Origin: a bacterium
Lineage (GTDB): Bacteria; Zhuqueibacterota; Zhuqueibacteria; Oceanimicrobiales; Oceanimicrobiaceae
Assembly: GCA_046757525.1 (NCBI GenBank)
Contig: JBHHYI010000017.1
Span: 1-39,466 of the forward strand
Direction of reading: 5' to 3'
Length of the DNA stretch: 39,466 nt
The position numbers and the translations under genes are program-made. How positions within the stretch are numbered: position 1 is the first letter of the stretch; each line of letters opens with the position of its first letter. Positions 1-6,729 of this stretch are shown here, in pieces. The notes under the pieces were generated by a model, which was given only the letters and a program-made list of their open reading frames with translations, was not told the origin of the DNA and did no database searches.

Positions 1-236
1 ACATTTTGTCCGATCCTGAGCTGCACCACAAGTTTGTCCACGCTTTAGATAAGATAGCCCCGCACGCGCGCGTCTATCGCAAATCCGGGACCTGGAGAAT
101 CTGGCACGCAGATTCGGTGTTGGTGTGGGATGAGAGTCGCCACTACATTTTGGTAGGGTTGGTGGAAGACTGGCGCGGTGAACAGATTCTGCGCGACCTG
201 GTGCCGGCGGTTGAAGAGGTGCTGTCGTTGAATTAA
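1..236 (+). CDS. C-terminal fragment of a class A beta-lactamase-like serine hydrolase (5'-truncated by window edge)
   Basis: YRKSGT (KTG-type triad) followed by HADSVLV and YILVGLVE, typical of the Beta-lactamase2 C-terminus; the listed TTG at 6 is probably not the true start. Confidence 0.75.
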   Translation, partial: ILSDPELHHKFVHALDKIAPHARVYRKSGTWRIWHADSVLVWDESRHYILVGLVEDWRGEQILRDLVPAVEEVLSLN

Positions 237-250
237 TCGCAGTCATCGTG

Positions 251-448
251 AATCCGGCGTTTGCCCATGGGCGTCAACTTACCACCGCCCAAGCTGTCAT
301 TTCGAGCGAAACGAAGTGAAGAGAGAAATCTGGTCTGTGCCTAAATCAGACCCCTCGACTACGTCCGGCAACTGCCGGACTCCGCTCGGGGTGACAATGT
401 GGTGGTTAGACGCCCCTCAAGTTGACACCAAAAGTCGTTTACCGGATT
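251..448. repeat. Nested palindromic REP/MITE-like element between convergent genes
   Basis: Paired arms: AATCCGG 251-257/CCGGATT 442-448; GGCGTCAACTT 270-280/AAGTTGACACC 419-429; ACCACC 281-286/GGTGGT 401-406; TGTCATTTCGAGCG 295-308/CGCTCGGGGTGACA 383-396; inner hairpin GTCCGGCA-AC-TGCCGGAC 363-380. Confidence 0.8.
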
Positions 449-473
449 TGCAACGCCCCCTTTGGCGAGACGG

Positions 474-1733
474 TCATTGAGTCAGAATCCGGTCGATGTA
501 GGTGGCCAGCGTCTGGTGTTCCACCGCCGAGTTGATGCGCAACACATTGGACATTAAAGCAACCAGGTAGATTTGCCCCTCCGGTTTTTCCACAATGGCG
601 ACTGAATTCATGTAGTTGAACACATTGCCGTGGTACTTTCTACATTTAAAACCGGCTTCTTTTTTACACTTGTACAGGCTACCCGATTTGAAATAGACGG
701 CCGATTTTCTCAGTCGCGGGGCTGAGGCATAGCGGATGCGCCTCTCCGTCATGTAGATCAACCGTTTGATTTCGAGACTGGACCACGGGTCCACCACCTT
801 GCCTTGCTCGAGACGGATTAAGAAGGTCAACAACCCCATGGGGGTTCCGTGACTGCCGGTGCTGGGCACCATTCGGTTCCCGAACCTGGTAAAGAAGCTT
901 CCAAGTTTCCAATCTTTTTCTTCAATGCCTATTTTTCTTAATGGGTCATCGACGATGGACATGGCGATCCGTTGCAATTCTTTACGAGGGGTCTCTTTGA
1001 AAAACGCCTCCTCCTGCTGTCGCGTGGGCGGATAGGCCTTGCCAAAGGCCCGTATGAGCAGACATTCCTTCCACACGGTGCTGGCCGCTGCATTGGAGCT
1101 GGCCGACAGCATGTGATCGAGCCATTCGTAAAGCGAGAAAACATCCCCTTGCCTGATCGGACGAAAGGCCACGCTGTGATTTTCCAGATTGAAGAGAGGG
1201 ACACCGTGGTGATCGTGGTAAATCCAATCATCGGCTACGACCATGCGTTTGCGCAACAATTGCCGCCGCGCTTCCACCGAATCCGGGAAGAGCGTCTGCA
1301 GCTCGGCAAACAGGCCTACCGCGATGGCCAATTTACCAACGCTGCCCGGCTGATACTGATAGTTAGGCCGCAGGGCGGCAAAGCGCCTGGGTCTTCCCGG
1401 CGTGATGTCCAGCAAGGCGATGGAATAGCTGCGATCCCGTTTGGAAAACAGCTTCTCGATTTGTTTTTGTAGCGTTGAGTCGGGCCGGCCAATCAGGGCA
1501 GATAGGCTGTCCGATGCCTGTGTCAAATGCAGCTTGATGTCTTTAATCGATTTTCGACCGCCTTCAACCGGTACCACGCGGCCTTTTAGTTTTCCGGCCA
1601 GCCGCAGCCTCAATCGCTCCAGGCGGCGAATGCCCGTGTATTTGTACCCGTCGACAGGATATTCAAGCGGCGCGGTGGCGAGCAACAGAGCGCCGGTTAT
1701 AGCTATTAAAGCAGTTCTCGGTAAGGTCTTCAT
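474..1733 (-). CDS. Secreted class A beta-lactamase-like serine hydrolase
   Basis: N-terminal signal peptide; SxxK (PGSVGK), SxN (SSN) and KSG motifs all present in the correct order. Confidence 0.85.
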   Translation of the reverse strand: MKTLPRTALIAITGALLLATAPLEYPVDGYKYTGIRRLERLRLRLAGKLKGRVVPVEGGRKSIKDIKLHLTQASDSLSALIGRPDSTLQKQIEKLFSKRDRSYSIALLDITPGRPRRFAALRPNYQYQPGSVGKLAIAVGLFAELQTLFPDSVEARRQLLRKRMVVADDWIYHDHHGVPLFNLENHSVAFRPIRQGDVFSLYEWLDHMLSASSNAAASTVWKECLLIRAFGKAYPPTRQQEEAFFKETPRKELQRIAMSIVDDPLRKIGIEEKDWKLGSFFTRFGNRMVPSTGSHGTPMGLLTFLIRLEQGKVVDPWSSLEIKRLIYMTERRIRYASAPRLRKSAVYFKSGSLYKCKKEAGFKCRKYHGNVFNYMNSVAIVEKPEGQIYLVALMSNVLRINSAVEHQTLATYIDRILTQ

Positions 1734-1876
1734 AGTTTTCTTCTAATTCCGAAATTTCAATTATGAAACGCACTTGTCAAGAAAAAACAAGTTTTGGGTT
1801 GGAACCATTGCGCCTCCAAACCGAAGTTTGGCAGCGAAGCAAAACTACTTGGTCACGGCGAAGCACAAGAAAACGA

Positions 1877-4800
1877 TCATGGCTCAGCTTCGATTATTTC
1901 ATCTAATGAGATGACTCGATTCTCTGGCGTTCCACTGTCGAGGGCATTGAGATAAGTCGAAGAGCGTGCCAGTTTGTTTTCCACAAACGGACGCACCTGA
2001 AACAGCCAAATGGCATCGTTCCAGAAGCCCAACTCGACGTCAAAAGGGCCGTCGGATTCGATGCCTGGCGTCCCCGGCAGTCTGCGCCGGACCTCTCTGG
2101 TGAGCTGGCGCAGCAAGAATCTTTCTGATTTGCTCAAGATTGGGTTTTCAAAAGTGGCAAAGCGTTTGTGGACGCCGCCGCCCTTTGCCGGTAAATCATT
2201 GAATTGGGGTTCTCTGGCGGGAGCCAGGAGGAGGTCTCTGCCGTCGTGGCGCAGCAAATAAGTTTCTGCCGCCTGGCCGGCCACCGCACCACCGCTGCCG
2301 CGGTTAAAGGCTACGGTGATATCTTCCGGATTGGCCGAGGCGATCCCCGTGGTAATCACAACGCCGGATTTGTCTACGTTCACGCTGGGCAGCAGCAGCA
2401 AAGACGGGTAGACGCTCTGGGGATTGTTGAGGTATTTCTGCCGCCAGCGGTAGCTGCGATCCGAGAAAGGCGAAGCCCACACATCCCGAATGGCCTGCAA
2501 AATCTTGTCTTCTTGCAAAACATTTGCAACGGTCAGATTCAGGCCTGCCCCCGTGAAGTTTTTTAGATCTTCCATATTGGTGTCGCTGCGGATGAAAATG
2601 GGCAACTGTCCCATGGGCACCCCAAAGGTCTCCACAAAGCGACTCTTGAGCGCTTTTGCGAAACCAGGTAAAAAAGCGATGTTGCGGATGGCGCCTCGTA
2701 GCTCTTGCAGGCGGGACAAAACGTACTTTTCGATCTCCCTGTCGTTTTCGCCAAGTTGTCTTTTCTGGTTCACCTGGTCGAAGGTGTGCTGCAAATAGTG
2801 CCAGAAGGTCACTTTTTTCCCGGGCATGAGCTGTTGGAGGTGTTGGTTGAAGACGCCAAAGGGAATGACGAGACCGGGGGGGACCTTGTCGGGAAACAAG
2901 GCGCTCAATTGTCCCAGGTTGGCGGCTTTGGGCCCGCAAATCCTTCCTGAATCGGCAGCCCGTAACGTGCTCAATGTCAGCAACCCGGTCTGCGACAAAT
3001 CGAGCCGATCGGTGGGCACCGTGATTCGCTCTTCGTTTCTTTTCAGGTCTGCGACCAGGGCCTTTTCTTCCGGTGTCATCTCCGAAGCCAGTTTCATGAC
3101 TACCGTTCCTTTGGGTGACACTGCGTAGAATACTTTAGCTCCCGAATAGGCCGACAGTTTGTTCAGCATTTGTAGCGATATGACCGCGTTGGGAATGCCG
3201 AGATTGCGAGCCAGTAGCTGCACATGGGAGACAGCGTTTCCTTCAGAAACCGTGGCGATGCCAGCCACCGGTTTCAAGTCCGCGGGCGCCCGCGACAAGA
3301 CGTAGATTTTGTCGGCAGACAATTCGATTCCATCCGGCGGCCCATTGACAACTGCCAACTCCCCCACAGCAATGCCGGGATTCAATCCTCGAATCTGGTT
3401 CTGTCCTCTCAATCCGAACACAGTGTCGGACAGATTGGAGTAGCGGGCTTTGAAATCCGACAGTTGACTCACGACTTTTCCCCAGGGCAGCAGCACCGAC
3501 GAACGAATTTTGTCGTCGATGAGCCCGGGTGCCAGCGGTTCGAAGCTGGCGAAGAGATTCACCACGGGACTGTAGACGGCGCGCACCATGCCGGTGCTCC
3601 ATTCTACCGCGCGTTGGGCATAATCGACCATGGCAGAAAACTCGTTCACGTCCATATCGTGTTTGTCCTTGACTGGAAATAGCCCGGGGTTGATTTCTTC
3701 CCATTCCCAGACTTCCAGGAACCCACACGCTGCTGCGGCTTTGGCGAGCACGTAGTTTTTCTCCAGCAGTTCCCCCACCGTTCCGGGCCGCCAGGTGCCA
3801 ATCATTCTGAATAAAAGCAATTCTGCCTCGTTAGAAAGGTCCAGCAGCGCCAAACGCATTTCGGGTGTATTCTTTAATGGGACATTCTTTCGGATCACCC
3901 ACAAAAGATGGGCGAGGTCCTTGCATTGCCTGACCGTCGCCGGGTCCGGTTGACTTGCACCGTGGTGATCGTTCCCTGGATGATAATAGTATTCTTGCGG
4001 CAACTTTACCGGACGGCTTGCACCAGGCGGGTTCAGCACTTTCCGGAGTTGGTAACCAACAGGCTCATTGGCCGGAATCGTGGCCAGGTAGCGACTTAGA
4101 GATTGCAGATTTCTTTGTTGGTAGAAGGCCGTCAGCTTCTTTTCAAGGAGGAGCAGCTTCTTGGCCATGTTCTCAGAAAGGGTGGCCTGGTATTGACGTC
4201 GAAAATCTTGGACTCTTTGGAAGTCTGAAGCATCTGGGTTGCCGTGGATTTTTACCCGCAAATCCATAAACCGGGGAAGCGAGTCTGCGATGACTTTGGC
4301 CAGGGCTCTAATCTCGGTCTCCAGATTTTCGTTAGCCGTGTGTGGCGTCTCTTTGCAGATCTGGCGAGACAAATAGAATTGGGATTTGACAAGGTCGTCA
4401 TTGGCCACCAGCCAAAGCAGGAATCGCTTGCCCCAGGCCTGTTCGTCTTCAGCCTGAAACGCACCCCGATAAAAGCGCGCCCGCCGCAAGATCCAGCCGT
4501 CGTCAATGGCTCGCAAGTATTTTTCTAATTGATATTGTTTCAACCTGGAGTTCTGGTGTTCGGCATCCAGAAAATCTTCAAAGGGCGTGCCGGCCAGGAT
4601 TTGTCCCAGGTAGATGCCGTATTCTTTTTGGAGATTTTGCACGGCCTTTTTAGGCAGGGCGTGCTGAATGCCTCCTGGTTGGGCACAACGTTCCTTGGCA
4701 GGAATGACGCTCCCATCCGGACAGAACCAGCGGATTCCCTGGTAAGGACCGCGCGGGTCCTTTTTAAATGCCTGAATGACCGGCCTTAGATCGGACAAGT

Positions 4801-4891
4801 CTTTGTGTTCGGTAAAACCAAGGAATGACAAACAGATGAGCGCAAGAAACAATTTGCGCGAACCGTTTCTTACCATGGTTGCTTTTCTCAA
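1877..4891 (-). CDS. PEP/pyruvate-binding (PPDK_N) domain dikinase-like protein with phospho-His domain and N-terminal signal sequence
   Basis: SHVQLLARNLGIP phospho-His motif; C-terminal GPKAANLG, IRSDTNMEDLKNFTGAG, DVELG and FQVRP nucleotide-binding motifs; basic plus hydrophobic N-terminus; exact start uncertain (MRKAT or MVRNG). Confidence 0.85.
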   Translation of the reverse strand: MRKATMVRNGSRKLFLALICLSFLGFTEHKDLSDLRPVIQAFKKDPRGPYQGIRWFCPDGSVIPAKERCAQPGGIQHALPKKAVQNLQKEYGIYLGQILAGTPFEDFLDAEHQNSRLKQYQLEKYLRAIDDGWILRRARFYRGAFQAEDEQAWGKRFLLWLVANDDLVKSQFYLSRQICKETPHTANENLETEIRALAKVIADSLPRFMDLRVKIHGNPDASDFQRVQDFRRQYQATLSENMAKKLLLLEKKLTAFYQQRNLQSLSRYLATIPANEPVGYQLRKVLNPPGASRPVKLPQEYYYHPGNDHHGASQPDPATVRQCKDLAHLLWVIRKNVPLKNTPEMRLALLDLSNEAELLLFRMIGTWRPGTVGELLEKNYVLAKAAAACGFLEVWEWEEINPGLFPVKDKHDMDVNEFSAMVDYAQRAVEWSTGMVRAVYSPVVNLFASFEPLAPGLIDDKIRSSVLLPWGKVVSQLSDFKARYSNLSDTVFGLRGQNQIRGLNPGIAVGELAVVNGPPDGIELSADKIYVLSRAPADLKPVAGIATVSEGNAVSHVQLLARNLGIPNAVISLQMLNKLSAYSGAKVFYAVSPKGTVVMKLASEMTPEEKALVADLKRNEERITVPTDRLDLSQTGLLTLSTLRAADSGRICGPKAANLGQLSALFPDKVPPGLVIPFGVFNQHLQQLMPGKKVTFWHYLQHTFDQVNQKRQLGENDREIEKYVLSRLQELRGAIRNIAFLPGFAKALKSRFVETFGVPMGQLPIFIRSDTNMEDLKNFTGAGLNLTVANVLQEDKILQAIRDVWASPFSDRSYRWRQKYLNNPQSVYPSLLLLPSVNVDKSGVVITTGIASANPEDITVAFNRGSGGAVAGQAAETYLLRHDGRDLLLAPAREPQFNDLPAKGGGVHKRFATFENPILSKSERFLLRQLTREVRRRLPGTPGIESDGPFDVELGFWNDAIWLFQVRPFVENKLARSSTYLNALDSGTPENRVISLDEIIEAEP

Positions 4892-5014
4892 TAGGGGAGT
4901 CTCCTGTTTAAAGCATGAGGTAGATCAATGCTTAATAGTCTGTTTTGGTAAAAAATGCAAGCAAAATCTTTTGCTGCATGTAAGACCTCAGTTACGCTGA
5001 CGGAACCAACGGCA

Positions 5015-5215
5015 CTCGTTGGGGCCGTCTAAAAAGGTACACTCGTATGTCATTTCGAGTCAGGCGGCTGCCTGACGAGAAATCTTGCCGGGATGGAAAG
5101 TCGCTCCGCAAGAACAATCTCTTACGGCGCTCAAGAGTGTCTCGCAAAGATTTCTCCCCGGCGGTTGCCGGGTCGAAATGACAATTTCGCTGGCTCTTGG
5201 GACAGCCCCAACGAG
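5015..5215. repeat. Nested palindromic REP/MITE-like element
   Basis: Terminal IR CTCGTTGGGGCCGTC 5015-5029/GACAGCCCCAACGAG 5201-5215 (14/15); TGTCATTTCGA 5048-5058/TCGAAATGACA 5173-5183; GAGAAATCTT 5077-5086/AAGATTTCTC 5147-5156; side hairpins 5059-5076 and 5158-5171. Confidence 0.85.
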
Positions 5216-5268
5216 GTTTCCCTCATGGAGACTGAGGTTATACTCCTGCATATCTGAGTTAACCCTTT

Positions 5269-5407
5269 TGAAAATGCTTATTATTCCGAATTTGTAATCG
5301 CTGCCGTTGGGGGTTAAAAATTCTCTTGAATAAACAAAAAAACCTTTTTTTTAAAATCTTAATTCTCTACTTTGTGAGTTGAAATATTTCAGTGAAAATC
5401 GTTCTCG
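5269..5407. promoter_or_regulatory. Two candidate Fur-box-like sites upstream of ferritin
   Basis: TGAAAATGCTTATTA 5269-5283 and TGAAAATCGTTCTCG 5393-5407 each differ at about 3 positions from the 7-1-7 TGA(T/G)AATnATT(A/C)TCA consensus; region is AT-rich so chance matches are possible. Confidence 0.35.
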
Positions 5408-5573
5408 ATATTTTAACAAACATTTCTCGGTTCCGCCTGGCGGGTAGAAGAATCCGCGGACGTAGTCCGGCAACAGCAGGAGATTTTTTGGTCAGAAAGC
5501 AAAAGTGCGCCGTGCTAAACAGAATCTCGCTGGACCGAGCACTGTTGGTCATCCCTATTAAAAGGAGGAATCC

Positions 5574-6062
5574 ATGCTGAGCAACACGTTAGAAAAAGCA
5601 CTAAACGAACACATACAACAGGAGTTCTATTCGTCCTATCTTTACCTGGCCATGGCCTCGTATTGCGAATCGATCAACCTGGGCGGTTTTGCCCATTGGC
5701 TGCGGGCACAAAGTCAGGAGGAGTGGTCCCATGGCATGAAGTTCTTCGAGCACGTTCAGCATCGTGGTGGTAGAGTCCGGCTCCAGGCATTGGATCAGCC
5801 ACCGTCCGATTTCGGATCGCCGCTGGAGATGTTCAAGCAAGTTCTGGAGCACGAACGTCAGGTAACAGCCATGATACACAAGCTCTATGAACAGGCGCTG
5901 AAAGAAAATGACTATCCTGCACAGGTCATGCTGCAGTGGTTTGTCTCTGAGCAGGTGGAAGAGGAAAAGAGTGCCCACGACATCATCGAGCAACTGAAAT
6001 TGATCGGGGATCAAGGCACGGCGCTGCTCATGCTGGACCGGCAGTTGGGGGCCAGAGAATGA
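5574..6062 (+). CDS. ftnA: Non-heme ferritin
   Basis: [27 protein letters not shown] and [12 protein letters not shown] ferroxidase motifs; SD AAGGAGG upstream. Confidence 0.95.
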   Translation: MLSNTLEKALNEHIQQEFYSSYLYLAMASYCESINLGGFAHWLRAQSQEEWSHGMKFFEHVQHRGGRVRLQALDQPPSDFGSPLEMFKQVLEHERQVTAMIHKLYEQALKENDYPAQVMLQWFVSEQVEEEKSAHDIIEQLKLIGDQGTALLMLDRQLGARE

Positions 6063-6103
6063 GCGCTTCAGCCCGCATAAATGCGAAAATTTGATAATAA
6101 TAT

Positions 6104-6132
6104 TTGACTTTTTGCTTTTCATGAACTACATT
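6104..6132 (+). promoter_or_regulatory. Sigma70-type promoter driving an orphan short transcript
   Basis: TTGACT 6104-6109, 17-nt spacer, TACATT 6127-6132. Confidence 0.65.
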
Positions 6133-6138
6133 AAAGCA

Positions 6139-6320
6139 TAATTCAGGCTGCGCTGGAAATTCAACCAGGGGAGTTTTTGGCGCGAATCTGGGTGCCCTGA
6201 AGAGAGGAGGTGATCCTATTAGTAGTAATTATCTAGGAGCCTCCAGTGAAGCCAACTGAAGGAGGCTTCTTAGGAGAACGTTAAAGGCCCCGCTCACTAT
6301 TTTGAGCGGGGCTTTGTTGT
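6139..6320 (+). ncRNA. Candidate ~180-nt structured small RNA or mini-ORF transcript
   Basis: Own promoter; two hairpins (about 6143-6201 and 6233-6273); AGGAGGTGATCC 6205-6216 complementary to the 16S rRNA 3' end; ends in an intrinsic terminator; no ATG ORF. Confidence 0.5.
6284..6320 (+). terminator. Intrinsic terminator
   Basis: AAGGCCCCGCTCA-CTATTT-TGAGCGGGGCTTT followed by GTTGTT. Confidence 0.8.
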
Positions 6321-6379
6321 TATCTGGGAATCTGTTGAGGCGGAGCGCCTAATAAGCCGTCTGCAGACGGCCCCTTATA

Positions 6380-6638
6380 GGAAACGCTCCTCTGGAGCGG
6401 AATGACAGTTGTTTTTCTTTAAGCACAAAGGTAGTCGTCCTGAGTAGTCCCGACCGCTTTTTGGTCGGGACGTATCGGAGGCCGACGGCCGTCACCCCTC
6501 GATACGGTCACTTGAACAACAGTGACCTACTCGGGGTGACTCGCACAGTGCTCACCAGTAACGAGATGCCTCCTGCATGACAGGGCTGCTTTTGGCGTTT
6601 CCGATATTTAAAGCAATCCGGTGCACCGGATTGCGAGA
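6380..6638. repeat. Dispersed ~260-bp structured repeat, copy 1 (MITE/REP-like)
   Basis: Near-identical to 16971-17236 over the first ~175 bp and the last ~45 bp; bounded by GGAAACGC 6380-6387 and GCGTTTCC 6595-6602, followed by a GCAATCCGG..CCGGATTGC hairpin. Confidence 0.9.
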
Positions 6639-6729
6639 GCTCCCAGGGAACCGGGCAGAGAGATGGCCACAGAGATTATCTTATCTCACTTTGTGCTTTG
6701 AAAACGGCCACAGGAATCGCTACAGAACG

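Noticed and set aside
1877..4891. Canonical ppsA or rifampin phosphotransferase
   Set aside because: Domain order differs, the PEP-binding barrel is absent, and a signal-like N-terminus is present
5060..5297. ORFs 5060..5251 and 5085..5297 (also 6577..6870 and 17051..17329)
   Set aside because: They run across palindromic repeats and have no protein-like features
6205..6216. 16S rRNA gene fragment on the minus strand
   Set aside because: Only 12 nt match; the flanks do not continue as 16S sequence
6210..6236. ilv/leu attenuator leader peptide (VILLVVII)
   Set aside because: No plus-strand biosynthetic operon downstream and the GTG overlaps the SD; kept only as an alternative reading
6356..6371. 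Perfect 16-bp palindrome GCCGTCTGCAGACGGC
   Set aside because: Single occurrence beside a repeat element; no function can be supported
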